Shown here in pieces: positions 1 to 37,694 of a stretch of DNA of 64,000 bases. The stretch lies in the NCBI RefSeq assembly GCF_009914755.1, contig NC_060946.1, one strand, 5' to 3'. Under the pieces are notes generated by a model. It ran no database searches, was not told the DNA's origin, and worked only from the letters and a program-made list of their open reading frames with translations. The stretch comes from the human T2T-CHM13v2.0 reference genome, Homo sapiens. A program made the translations under genes and the position numbers. Numbering within the stretch: the stretch's first letter is position 1; each line of letters opens with the position of its first letter.

Positions 1-1207
<1,207 letters not shown>

Positions 1208-1224
1208 AACATTTTTTTTTCTTT

Positions 1225-1570
1225 AATTGCTGTTTGTCCTGAACACATTTTAAGTGGACAGAACATTGTAGACTCTCGGTACAATGGACAGCAGATCTCT
1301 AGGGCTCGTTCATCTTCCTTACCTGAAACTTTATGCCTGTGGATTAATAAATTCCCATTTCCTCCTCCACCAAGCCCCTGGCAGCTACCATCCTGATGTT
1401 TGATTCCATGAATTTGACTTCTCTAGATACCTCATGTAAGCAGAATCATGCAGTGTTTGTCCATACCTGGCTTATTTCACTGAGCACATAATGTCTTCAA
1501 GGTACATCCATGTTGTTGCCTACTACAGAATTCCCTTGTCTTTTTTTAAGGCTAAATAGTAGTCCATAAA
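1225..1570 (-). mobile_element. Old L1 (L1MA/L1MB-like) 3' end fragment
   Basis: CCCCTGGCAGCTACCATCC...GATACCTCATGTAAG...CTGGCTTATTTCACT...CATCCATGTTGTTG, typical of L1M 3'UTR in antisense. Confidence 0.75.
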
Positions 1571-1620
1571 GAGAACATGGTATACACATACAGGGAAAGC
1601 ACTTCAAAAAGTGGCCATTT

Positions 1621-2188
<568 letters not shown>

Positions 2189-2383
2189 TCATCTTTTGGG
2201 AGAAAACGCAAGCCCCCACCCCACAGTCCGTAACCTCTGGGGCCAACACTGGTGCACATCGCTTGTCCTTCCACAAAGGACACCTGTGTTAGGAGTAAGA
2301 GCACAGGAAGTGAGGACCCTGGGCAGGAAGGGGTGGCAACGACTTCTGGGGGATTATTTTTTTTTAATTAATTTTTTTTTAAA

Positions 2384-3538
<1,155 letters not shown>

Positions 3539-3740
3539 TGAGATGGCAAAAGGATCTTCCATTGAGTGAAAAGTGAGTCTCCCATCCCAGAGCCCCAGTC
3601 CCACTCCAGGGACAGCACAGCAGCAGTTCCTCTTGACCTCAGGAACATTCCACAGGCACAGGCTCCGTGTACCTCCTTCAAACCTCATCACACTCTGCTT
3701 AAATAATTTAGTATTTTGTAATTATGAAATAGTTCATTAA

Positions 3741-5011
<1,271 letters not shown>

Positions 5012-5193
5012 TAAAATGATAAAATTTTAAAGTCACTTGGGTGGTTTTATTAAATCTAGATGGTAGAAAAAAAATCACTGACTAGTGTCCTGGCCCCTGA
5101 AAGGCACTTAAATATCTAGGGAATGAATATGTATCAGGGGAATCCTCACACGGAGACAGCAAAAGTAAATGGGGGTTGAAACATCACTACTGC

Positions 5194-5518
<325 letters not shown>

Positions 5519-7954
5519 CTAAACACTGGTAAGCTTGTTAAAAACATGGACCCATGGGCACCAAGGAGTCTCTGCGGGCAGGGGCCGTGGGGTGCGGGCA
5601 GCTGCAGATTCACCTCACCCAGACCCACATGTCCCCAGGGTCTAGGACCATGGTCCCCAAAGAGCAGTGCACAAGCCAGGGCCCTGCCAGCGCTGTCCAG
5701 GAAGGACCAGCCGCAGCCTGCTGTGGCCCCAAGCTGGTCCCAGAAGGTTCCAGGAAGGAATCTCATCTATTCAGGCGCAAGGCCCCCAGAATGACAAGAA
5801 TGTTGCCAAAGACAGGCGTTTGCCCTTTACATCATGCATCTGCACCTTAGGGTCGGCAAATTCTCAGGCCGTTGAATTCTCACAACATCCTGAGAAATAG
5901 GCATCCCTGCCCGCTAGCGGCCACCACAGTCCCACAGGCGGGTACTCAATCCAGAGCACAGGTGCTCTCCGCTCTCGGTCCCACCTGGCCTGAGAGGGAG
6001 GAGCATCAGCGGAGGACAGTCCAGTCCCCAGGAGGGAGGGGACCCTCTGACCACCAGCGTTCCAGGCAGGTGGAAGCGGTGCGTCCCCATCAGGGTCCTG
6101 TGTTACCCCAGGGTCCTCCATGCTGTAACTGTTCTCTATTTGCTCAAAGCCTGTAACTCTCAGTGGAGATACCACCCCTGGTGGCTGTAGCCCAGCCTGC
6201 TGCCCTCCCTTGCTGGCCCCTTCCTGCACCTGGGCTGTCCCCACAGCAAGTGCCACTGGCTGAGCCTCCCAGCTGTGAGGCAGACAGATGCAGCGACAAG
6301 CTCAGATCTCAGCTCTCGCCTCCACCTTGTGGTTTCTCTGAGTGTCACACATCCCCAGTGGGATGCAGAGGACGCTACTAACTCTTCCTGGACCAGAGTG
6401 CCTAGGGCTCTGCAGAGTAAACACTGAGGGCACCGCTAATTACAAAAAGCCTTGTTTCCAACCAAAACAGGCTTGCTGTTTCCCAAGCACACTTCGCATG
6501 GGCTTTATTTGGAGACCTTCATTATACAGCCCCGCCCCCAAGGCAATCTTACCTGAAGAGCCTGCTGCCCTGGGTCCCAAATGTCCCCCAAGTCCCTGTC
6601 CCTGTCTCCTGCCTTGAGTCTGGTCACTGCACAGATGCCTCCCGTGCGCTTCATGTGGTCTCAGTCCTGATGGCAACCCTTGTCACTAGCCCTCAAAGGG
6701 GTCCTGGCAGTAGTGGCCAGGGCTGTATTTGTGGTCACTGAGAGGCATGTCATGTTAAGTTTTAACTTGGCTTTAAATGACAGATCCACTGTTGCACTGG
6801 GGAACCCATGGCCAAGTTTGGAAACAACCAATGTAAATGGGCTTTTACAAGATCTATTGGCAAATAAGGAACCACCCTGAAGTAAGTAACTGAAAGGAAA
6901 ATGCTGGGCAATTCACCAGGAAAATCATCTCCACTCTCGGACACTGTGTGTCCCCACGTTTGGAGGGCAGCTGCCATCCATCCCCCCAAATAGACATTAA
7001 TGTGGGGTATGTTTTTAGAGCAAAAACAATTTTCTGGAATCCAGAAATTTCTCTCCTAAAATAAGCCTGTAAAATTATTTTAAGAGAATGTGAATCAGGC
7101 CCATGTCCATATGGTGCCGGTAGCACACTTCTAAAGACAAACACACTGAGGAAGCAAACAAAACCAAGCAGCTTCTGACACTTCATGGGATGGAGTGCAG
7201 ACTGGGGTGCCCCCTTCACTTTTTCAACCACCCCACTGGGTCGTCGCCCCATCCCTGGGGCACCTGTGTAGAGGACAGCCTGTTCCCCTCAATCCCCAGG
7301 CTGCTCCACCTACCCCCTGGCACTGCCACCACCTGGCAGGTGAGTGTGGGTCCCATCCCCATTACTTCCCCGGGGAGCCCTCCAGGGTGTCCCGAGATGG
7401 AAAGGAGGCCTCAGGCAGATACGGAAGCCAGTGCGTCAGGGTCAGAGGCTGCAAAGCTGGAGGAGAACTGGGGCGTCTGCTGGGCGTGGCGATGAAGGGG
7501 CTGGTGTGCCAGGTGGACAGAATGCCAGGGAGAGCGGGGAAGGAACAGTGCTCATGTGGCCCCGCCATGTTCAGCCAGGATTCATAAAGAAAGTGGAACC
7601 AGGATATCATGGTCCACCTCTTTAGGGAGGAGAGGGATGAGCGGTGAGAGGTGGTGGTGTCACCTGCCCGGCCAGCCGTCCCCACAGCTTCTCCACCTCC
7701 GCTCCCACTCGGCCACCCCTTCCTTCCCCTCCTCTCCATGGAGGAGGCCTCCCTGCTTTTAGCTTTGCCTCTCCCACCCCTCACTGGCAAGGCACTGTCC
7801 TTGGGATTAGAAAGATGAAAAGGCCACCGCCATCACGGAGGGAATGGACAACGGATAAAACCACCAGCTCCTGGAAAAGGACGTGCAGCGGCTCCCAGAG
7901 CCTTGGCAAGCCAACACCAGCCCTGTCCTACACTGCTCACCATACAAGAATCGC

Positions 7955-8100
7955 ACGATTAACAGCAGTTCTAAGAGATGCGTGTCCTTATTAGCCCCAC
8001 GATGCACATGGGGAAACCGAAGTCCAAAAAGGTTACCTGAGCACCCAAGGTTGCACAGCCAGTGACCTGTGAAGCTGGATTCAAAGCCAGAGTCTCCCCA
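7955..8100 (-). mobile_element. MIR fragment
   Basis: ATTAGCCCC...ATGGGGAAACCGAAGTCC...CCCAAGGTTGCACAGCCAGT...GGATTCAAAGCCAG resembles the MIR core. Confidence 0.7.
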
Positions 8101-8202
8101 CCTTGGACCACGGTGTCCAAGGTGGAACATGCAAGTAGATGTTCAACTCTGAAGGCACACTCATACTGTCTAACACTTAGCAGGTTGGCAATGATTTTTT
8201 TA

Positions 8203-10832
<2,630 letters not shown>

Positions 10833-11980
10833 AGGGGAGGTGTAGGAACTATGTGCAACACTAGCCTTGTTAGGTTGAAAGAGTGGGTACCACACCCAGA
10901 AGACTGGATTGAGATAGAAGAAAAGAGGTTGAGAATCTTAAAAACTACTTTATTTACCCTCATGCTAAATAAAGTCTCATCAGACATTAAAGGCCCTGTC
11001 TTGGGGCAAGAGAAGGGGAAAAAAAAAAAAAAAAAAACAGATACACAAAGAGGAACCAGAAAAGGTGAGGGGGAAGCGTTTGGGTGGCGGGGGTATATGC
11101 CAATGCTGCTGAGAAGGCAGGTGGCACCACGAGGGAGGGAGTAGGTGAGGTTTGGCAACAGGGATGTCATCACCCCCAGGACAAAGGTGAAAGAGGGTCT
11201 GACTTGCTTTGAGAGGCTTCCCAGGCTTTGATGCAAAATGTGCCACGTGTTTGTTGGCTCTGGGACCTGAAGCCAAGTTCTGCTACCTTCTTTGTAAAGT
11301 GGGGTAACGTGCAATTTACAGGGCAGTCAGAGTCACATGAGATGTTAAGGGGGATGATCCTTGGGCACAGTTTAGGTGTCTGACCAGGGCCTTACGGCAG
11401 GAGCATGTGTCACTGTTACAGGACGGCAGGGGCTCAGCAAGCACCTCACAAGCCCCACCAGGAATCCCGGCCCCGGCCCAAGGCCCTGCAGGTGCCAGAG
11501 GGCCTACTGAGCAATGGGGTGAATAACGGCTCCTAACCCCTTTCTGGGGTGTGGGCAACAGTGGCTGGCTCCAGGATTTCCATTTTACTCTCACCTGCCA
11601 ACAGGTTTTTGGTACTCAGCATCTGTATAGCAGGTGTAACGTCCTGGCATTTGCTGGCGGAATCGATTTCACCCTCTTGACTTCTTTCCTGAATCTATCT
11701 CGCACTGCTTGCTCCAAAAACCCTTAGCCCTCTATGTCTTGGCTATTGAGAACTTTCTTCAACCTCCGCTCAAATCTCTTGTCAAAATTCCCACTCCCTA
11801 GAGCTTTCACTGATTATTAGATCTAACTACTTAAAAACATTTACGTCAACTTCATTTAACTCTAATGAAAAGCATCACAGAACAGTTTGAAAGCAGGGGG
11901 GCTTCTATTGCTTCTTCATATTCAAAACAATTTTGTTTATTAGTCTTCCATGGAGACAAATATGTTAAAACTACAGGGTT

Positions 11981-13720
<1,740 letters not shown>

Positions 13721-13839
13721 ATGGCTTTATAAATTACAGTGATTCAAAGGTGAAAAGGCTTAATACCCACAGTTTAGTGACAAGAATGCACCCAGGTGTT
13801 TTTCATATTGGCAAGTGTACCACAGCAGTGTAGGATGGG

Positions 13840-13946
13840 GTAAGGATAGGGAGCACTGGGTGTAGGATATATTGGGATTGTCTGTACTATCTTTGCAACC
13901 TTTATGTAAATTTAAAGTTTTTCCAAAATAAGAAGTTATTTTAAAA
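13840..13946 (+). mobile_element. Old L1M 3' terminal fragment
   Basis: TCTGTACTATCTTTGCAACCTTTATGTAAATTTAAAGTTTTTCCAAAATAA, typical of the L1MC/MD/ME 3' end. Confidence 0.7.
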
Positions 13947-14959
13947 GAAGACTATTGCTCAGATTGGTAATTAAGAGCGCTCAGTTATTATATAAATGCT
14001 CAATATGGGCCCAACCCGTAGGGGTTCCCACAAGTAGATGAGACTCTACCCTGTAGGGCCCAAGAGGAAACACCATGAAGGTCCTGGAGATCCTCTTATT
14101 CCTCAAACATGCCACTACCATTGCCTCGCAAGAGCCCTGAGGGGGACCAGTGCATGATTGTAAGACAAAATGACATCAGGATTAAGCACAGCTCCTGGCA
14201 CCTGGCAGGGGCTCAGCAAACATTTGTCACATCTATAGCTTGCTCAGGTGAGGTGCCTGGAAAGTCTCCCCAGTGGTGGTAAACCTAGTCTTGGGACCTG
14301 AGTAGGGAATTAGGAGTGTCAGGGGCTGGTGGGTGGGAAGAATAACATTCTTAGCAAAGGAAACATCAGGTTAAGGTGGGTATGTTTTAGATAGAGGAAG
14401 AAGAAATGCAACGGAACAGAAAAAGCGTGGGGCGGGGAAATTGATGTCTTCCATGTTCATTATCTGCCTAAAATAGAATCTCAGCCTTTTTTCCATCCTT
14501 AGAATTCAGCACATAATTTGGACATCAAAGATGTCAATCAGAGCCAAGCATGGGGGAGGCGGACCCTGTTTAGATCTCTGAAGCTCAGGCTTTTGCAATC
14601 TCTGTTAACGAAACCTATGCCACAAGTGGTAAATACCGAGGACGCTCCATTTTAGTCATGATCTTTATGTGGCTACTTGAAAAGCTTTTCCGCCTTTCTG
14701 ATAAACATTCCTAGGAGACCTCTTTTGCCCTCATTTCCTTGCCCAGTTGAGGCTGTATTTTTTAAGGAAGGAAAATCCAAAAATCAGGGATCTTGTCCAT
14801 TTTCCCTATCTTTTCACGGCGGGGCGGGAGAAGAGGGACAGCGGGGGAGGTGGAGAGAAGAAACGGCGGGGGAATCAAAGATTAGGCGTTGTTGTCTGTG
14901 CCAAAACGGAGTGAGCCCAATATCAACAAATCAAAATCCAAAACGGAACAAAAAAGTCA

Positions 14960-16995
<2,036 letters not shown>

Positions 16996-16997
16996 CC

Positions 16998-17760
16998 CAT
17001 TTAACTATTTTAAAGTGTACAGTTCACTGGTATTAAATACATTCATAATGTTGTGCAACCATCATCATCATCCCTCTCCAGAACTCATCTTGCCTAAGTA
17101 AAGCTCTGGACTCAAGAAACAATGACTCCCGTTTCCTTCTACCCCATGCCCCGCACCACCCCATTCTACTTTCTGTCCCTATGAGCTTGACTGCTCTAGG
17201 TGCCTCACATAAGTGAAATCATCTAGTATTTGTCTTTTTGTGGCTTACTGTGACTTTTGTGGCTCATTTCACTTAGCATAATGTCTGCAAGGTTCACCGA
17301 TGGTGTAGCACTGTCACAGTTTCCTTCCTTTTTTTAGGCTGAATGATATTCCATTGTATGTAGATACCACATTTTGTTTCTCCACGCATCTGTCAGTGGA
17401 CACCTGGCTTGCTGCTTCCATACTTTAGCTATTGTAAATAATGCCACTATGAACTTGATGGTACAAACATCCCTTGGCACCCCTGGTTCCAATTATTTTG
17501 GGTATATACCCAGAAGTGAAGTTGCTGGATCATATGGTAGTTCTATGTTGAATTTTTTAAGGCGATTACATACTGTTTCCCAACGTAACTGCACCATTTC
17601 ACATTCTCTCCAACAGTGTACAAGGCTTCCAGTTTCTGCACATCTTCACCAACTGTTATTTTCTGTTTTTTGACAGTGGCCAGCCTGGTGCATGATGGGT
17701 TTGGTTTGCACTTGCCTCGTGATTAGTGGTGTTGAGCATCTTTCCGCGGACTTGGTGGCG
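16998..17760 (-). mobile_element. L1MB-like 3' region
   Basis: TTTAAAGTGTACAGTTCA...GTTGTGCAACCATCA...GGGTATATACCCAGAAGTG...GGATCATATGG. ORF 17374..17673 is the typical antisense translation of the L1 ORF2 C-terminus/3'UTR. Confidence 0.88.
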
Positions 17761-17814
17761 TCAAGTGTTGTTAACTATGACCACGTGACCACATGACCTA
17801 TTTCATTTTATCTG

Positions 17815-18272
17815 TACAACGTTTCTGTTTGGGGTGATAAAAAAATTTGGAATTGGTAGTGGGAATGGCTGTACAACAATGTGAATGCCACTGAATTGCA
17901 CCCTTAAAATTGTTACAATGGGCCGGGTGTGGTGGCTATGCCTATAATCCCAGCACTTTGAGAGGCCCAAGTGGGCAGATCACCTGAGGTCAGGAGTTCA
18001 GGACAAGTCTGGCCAACATGGTGAAACCACCGTCTCTACTAAAAAAAAAAAATGCAAAAAAAATTAGCTGGGCGTGGTGGTGTGTGCCTGTAGTCCCGGC
18101 TACTCAGAGGCTGAGGCAAGAGAATCGCTTGAACCCAAGAGTTGGAGGTTGCAGTGAGCCGAGATGGAACCACTGCACTCCAGCCTGGGCAACACAGTGA
18201 GACTCTGTCTCAAAAAAAAAAAAAAAAGTTAAAATGGTGAATTTTGTTATGTATATTTTACCACAATAAAAG
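17815..18272 (+). mobile_element. L1M 3' end fragment interrupted by an AluS (17921-18227)
   Basis: GTTTCTGTTTGGGGTGAT...CACTGAATTG...[Alu]...AAAATGGTGAATTTTGTTATGTATATTTTACCACAAT; TSD-like GTTA(C/A)AATGG. Confidence 0.8.
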
Positions 18273-19199
18273 TAGTAAAAGAAAGTCTACATTGTGATCT
18301 AGTACACATTTGGATGAACAAAAAGTTTCATGATTTAATACATACTCTTATTTATTTTGGGCAATGCCCTAACATTTCTATCCTCCTCTGTTTTTATTAA
18401 CAAAATCCCAGGCACGACCTTCTGGGTGGCCTTGGGCAGCACCATCAGCCAGGCCTGCAGCCTGCCACCCCCGCCTGCCTTGTGGTCGCACCATTTATAA
18501 TCCACTTTCCCACAGCCCACTCAGGAACACCACCTTCAAGCTCCAGGGCTCCCTCCCTTTAGCGTCCCAGCTCCATGCCTCAGCATGCCCTCCCACTGGG
18601 GGCTGCCCTCCCCCATGCCCACTTCCTCCCTAACCCCTTTCCCACACCCCACCCTCGCCTGTCCTGGAGAAATTCAGCCCCCTCCCCCAACTGGGAAACG
18701 CACCACTGCAGCTGGCTGCTTACTTTGGGGACACCAGTTTCTAGGGAAGCCTAGTCCTCCTGAAAACCCTCCGCCTGCTGCACCTCCGGGTCTGTGCAGG
18801 TTCCACCATCCTGGAAGATGATATCATGCCTCCTCCCCTCTGCTAACTCTGTGTCCAACTTTACAGAGAACATAGAGATGGGAGAGGACTCCTCCCTGCC
18901 CCCACTGCTAAACATCCCATCCTAAACATCTGCCCTGCCTGCTGCCATGAACACGTGGCTCGCCCTTAGTCCTGCCCCCCACGGCTTACTGGGCTGCCCC
19001 ATCAGGGTAGGAGCCGTGCTCTCAGCTCCACGTACCCTCTTTGGCTATGCCCACCTGCTCTGCAACTCTTCAGGGCAAGATGACACAGAAGGGCCTGGCC
19101 TGGGCGCCTCCCATGCCCACCTCCCATTCTCAGGGTTCCATCCCAACCGCTCCAACATCATGTCGCAAAACATCATGTCGTCACATCTGGGCTCAGCCT

Positions 19200-20230
<1,031 letters not shown>

Positions 20231-20287
20231 CCTCCTCCATTTCCTATTACTGCCCCTGCAAGAGTTTAGCCAACTACAAAGCACAAA

Positions 20288-20645
<358 letters not shown>

Positions 20646-21556
20646 TGATGGCCCAGGAGGAGGAGCTCAGACTCCAGTCTCTCGGTGTGACCCGAAGCGC
20701 CACTTCCCTCTGGCAAGACACCTCCAGGACTTGGTGATCAGCTCCCAGAAGCAGGTGCGCAGGCCAGCCCTCTCCCTGGGCAAGGAGAAACCCTTTGCTC
20801 TGTCGTCCCCCCATGGACTGCTCTCAGGACGCTCCCACGCCCTTGCTGTTCCCTTCCCTGCAAGGCTCCTCTTCTGTCAGCATCCTGGTCCCAGGGGCCC
20901 TCTCTCTGCACACTCAGGACTGCACCCTCCATGCTCTCTTCTCCTTGCATTGGTCTGTATATTTCCCCTTTGCTTGGTTATTGTCGTCTCTCCTCCCCTC
21001 CCCAGGATGCGAGCAGGGGTTGGGGAGAGGCCTTGGTGTGTTCTCGGCCGATCGCTGGTGCTGAGAGTGTCACTGACAGCCACTGGGCAGGATGGCTGAG
21101 GATTAACTAAGACCCAAGACGCCAGGCACGGTCCATGCTTAGGAAATGCCAGCCTTCCTCCAGGTGCCCAGCTCCTTCCAGGGCAGCATTTCTTGGGAAG
21201 AGGCAGGACTGAGGGATAGCAGCAGTGGCTCAGTGAAAGTCCAGAGCTGAGAAAATAGATTTGTACCAGGGAGTTGCCCCACAGTGTTCCCCGGTATCGA
21301 AAAACAGCCGCCAGCCAGCAGGCTGTGTGGTTATCCACTCGAAGCCCAACATGGGTGAACAGACCAGGCTACCTATTCCAGGCATGGATAGGAATATGGA
21401 GCCCATGAAATTGCTGCAGGGTCGGTGCCCATCACAGGCTCTGCAGCCCTGCACAGAATGACAGCATGTGTTGACTGATGAGGTGGAACCAGACCCGCCT
21501 GAGGGCTGAGACACAGTGGAGGCTGAAGACTCCTTAGGGGATCCTGTCTGACTGGG

Positions 21557-23324
<1,768 letters not shown>

Positions 23325-23949
23325 CTGGATTTTGGGGGTAGAAAGATACTTACAGCAACTCTCCTCAAGGGTCGCCCAGCCTGCCTTCCACCCAAATCCT
23401 GCCTAAATCCTTCGGGTTGGCCAAAATTAAGCTGCTTGCCTTGGTGTAACTTCAGCGCGGGCTAGTAGAATTGCTGTGGACAGACAGGGAACTTAACCTC
23501 CTGGGTGCCAGTGGTCTCCTCGGCCAAGTGAGAGGCCGTGCTGTGCGGAGTGCCCTCCAGAGCCCCTGGAGTCTAAAGTTCTGTGACTTGCTAAGACTTT
23601 CCTTTATGATTGGAAAGCCCATTAGGAAGCAGGCAGGTGCTGTTGGCATAGCAACCACAAGCCGTCTTATGTTCTTTCCAAATTAAAAATTTTCCAGCTT
23701 TAGAACTGAGGAGAGAAAGATGTAAGAGCAGAGATGAAATTAAGTTATTGATGGAAGCGGTTGCCATGGCATTGTGCTGTCCTTGGAGTCTGCCAGCTGC
23801 CACTTGATTTCTCCATTTTTCGTGCAAACGAAGGAGTCCAAGAGAAGATAAGGACCAGCCTCCCACAGTGAGGGAGAAAAACAAAACGTATGTGTTCATT
23901 AGAAAGAGTTGACTCATGATGGGAACCTAAACAATATTTTAAGAGTAGC

Positions 23950-26390
<2,441 letters not shown>

Positions 26391-26821
26391 CATTTGGCTT
26401 TTATAAGTTCTCTTTTGCTGAAAACCAAAGTAAGGTATATACAAAATGGCACTTCATCTTTAATTTGCGTTTCCCTGTTTACCAACAGTGGATGCTTTCC
26501 TCATGTAAGCAGACAGTTTTCTTTCACTGACCATCAGTTGGGGAGGAGGCAAGGTGTCTGTAGTTTCATGATTCTTTACATGTTTTGGAATGGACTTTTC
26601 TTATTGGCCACTCACAACAGATATGTCCCCAGGCCCCCGGCCCTCTGTACTGTGGTCATTGTTGGCATATGTGAAATCAGATACAAGATATTCCTCTAGT
26701 CCTCTGGTTTGTCCAAGACACTGGATTAATGGTTTCTCCAAGCACACCTAGTGAGCGAATACCCTGACCTTCTGGATTCATCTGTTAGGAAACGCATTGG
26801 GTAACAGGTATGGGAATGGGG

Positions 26822-28585
<1,764 letters not shown>

Positions 28586-28599
28586 GCAGGGATTTAAAA

Positions 28600-31290
<2,691 letters not shown>

Positions 31291-31629
31291 ATTTTTTTTT
31301 TTTTTTTTTTTGAGACAGAGTCTCACTCTGTCACCCAGGCTGGAGTGCAGTGGTGCCATCTCAGTTCACTTCAACCTCTGCCTCCTGGGTTCAAGTGATT
31401 CTACTGCCTCAGCCTCCTGAGTAGCTGGGATGACAGGCACCTGCCACCACGCCCGGCTAATTTTTGTATTTTTAGTAGAGACAGGCTTTCACCATCTTGG
31501 CCAGGCTGGTCTCGAACTCCTGACCTTGTGATCCGCCCCCGCCGGGCCTCCCAAAGTGCTGGGATTACAGGCGTGAGCCCCCGCGCCCGGCTGATATTTC
31601 CTCTTTAAAACATCTGGGCCTGGTAGAGT

Positions 31630-32065
31630 CATGTCAAATGAGTTGAAAACTTAAGTCCACACAAAAACCTGCACATGGATGTTTACAGCAGCTTTATCTA
31701 TAATTGCCAAAACTGGGAAGCAAGTGAGACGTTGATAGCTGAATGGAGACACAATCAGTGGTATATCCATACAATGGAATATTATTCAGTGATAAGAAGA
31801 AATGAGCTATGTAGCCACAAACAGACATGGTGGAATATTGACTGCATATGGCTGAAAGATGTCTGAAAATGACACATTCTGTTCTAACTACATGACATTT
31901 TAGAAAGGCAAAACCACAGCAACAGTAAAAAGCCGCATGGCTGTCAAGGGTTGGCGGGGGATAGGTGTGCTGATGGTGCAGGGGTGGGTGTGTGGGACTC
32001 CATGTACTATCTGCTTAATTACTCTGTAAAAAGCGGTACTAAAAGAGTAAAATCTACTTTAAAAA
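31630..32065 (+). mobile_element. L1MC/MD-like 3' end
   Basis: GTCCACACAAAAACCTGCACATGGATGTTTACAGCAGCTTT...CATACAATGGAATATTATTCAG. Confidence 0.82.
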
Positions 32066-32415
32066 TAGAGAGATGAGCAAGAGGGGAGGAATGACCAGGT
32101 TTGCTGAAGAGAGAGGCTTCGGGGGCCTCACAGGGGTCAGGACTTGTCTAAGAGGAGTTTGATAACCATGGCCAAGGAGAGACATGGGCTTCCAGTGATC
32201 TGAGACGATCCTGACAATGGAATGTTAATTACAACCTTCAAGATTTAACATTACAGTCCTGGAGAGCCAAACATTCGTAAATGCAGTGCAAGGTCTACTT
32301 GTGCAGAGTGAACAGATGAAAGCATCAATGGCAGGAGGTAAAATGAAAGATTTCTGTGGACAGAAACGTCCTGGAGTTCTCGGCACCTGCATGTAGCCTC
32401 CCCACTGCTGGCTGA

Positions 32416-33856
<1,441 letters not shown>

Positions 33857-33938
33857 CAATGATAGCACCTTCTTAAAACAGGGGAGCTTGTGTATACACT
33901 TAACCCTGAGTCGGTTTCGTGTCAACGTCGGATATGTG

Positions 33939-34284
33939 AGTGTTAGGCTGTTCTTGTGTTGGTATAAAAGAATACCTGAGACTGCATAATTTATAGAGAA
34001 AAGAGGTTTAATTGGCTCACAGTTCTGCAGGCTGCAGAGGAAGCATGGCACTAGCATCTGCTTGGCTTCTGGGAGGTCTCGGGGGCTTTTACTCCTGGCA
34101 GAAGGGGAAGTGGGAGCAGGCGCGGCACATGGCCAGAGCAGGGGTGAGAGCGTCAGTGTGGGGAGGTGCCACAGGCTTTTACACAACCTTATCTCACAAG
34201 GGTAGCACCTCCCATCAGGCCCCACCTCCAACACTGGGGACTACATCTTAGCAAGCTGTTTGGCGGGATCATCCAAACTTGTCA
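33939..34284 (-). mobile_element. MSTA/MSTB-type MaLR solo LTR, same orientation as MAPK1
   Basis: Minus strand CAGAACTGTGAGCCAATTAAACCTCTTTTCTCTATAAATTATGCAGTCTCAGGTATTC is the THE1/MST R-U5 signature; ATTAAA at 34007-34012. Confidence 0.9.
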
Positions 34285-35029
34285 TCAGCGAGCAACAAAG
34301 GGCTGCCAGAGGGGTGTGCATGCTGCCCCACCCAGGTTAGCACAGTCACGCTCACCCTGGGGGAGCACAGGCAGCCACTGTGACCCCACTATCACCCACC
34401 AACCAAACAGTGACTCTGGTGTCTACTTGGGAGTCTAATTCTCCTTATCTGAAAAAAAAAAACCAATGCCTTCGGTCTGCCTTGTCCTTGCAGAACCGTC
34501 TTCGCTTCAGTCTATTCAAGGCTCTCTTCCCTTCAGAGAAGAGCCGGACACACTGTGGCTGGCTCCCTCCCCGGGGCCTGGCCGATGGTCCCCGGAGGGG
34601 CCGCAGCACTGGAGGCACATGTGTGGGCCACCTGCTCACCCTCTTTTCCACTTTCATCGCTTGTGAGAAAACAGAAATAAGAAACGGGCTGCGTCGTTAG
34701 CTGCCTCTCCTGCCTGCTGATTCCACTTGTGTTCTGTGCAGCCTGCATATCGTAGGCAGCAATAGCTCTCTCCTCAGAATTCACTTTGGCAGCCAAGACC
34801 CCCTGCAGCTCCTCCTTGCCCTGTGCTCCCTTCTTGGGTAGATGCCCTTTAAACACTGTGCTCCCAGCCTTGGGGCCCTGTTTCCCAGCAACACTGAGTC
34901 CAGGGTGCTAATCCCCTGGCGCCTTCCGGCCACAGGCGGCCTTCACTGACAGTATGACTTTCTCCGGTTTGAAATCTGCATTGGCCCAGTCTTTCTTTCT
35001 TAACTGAGACATTGCAGATTTATGGACTT

Positions 35030-37694
<2,665 letters not shown>

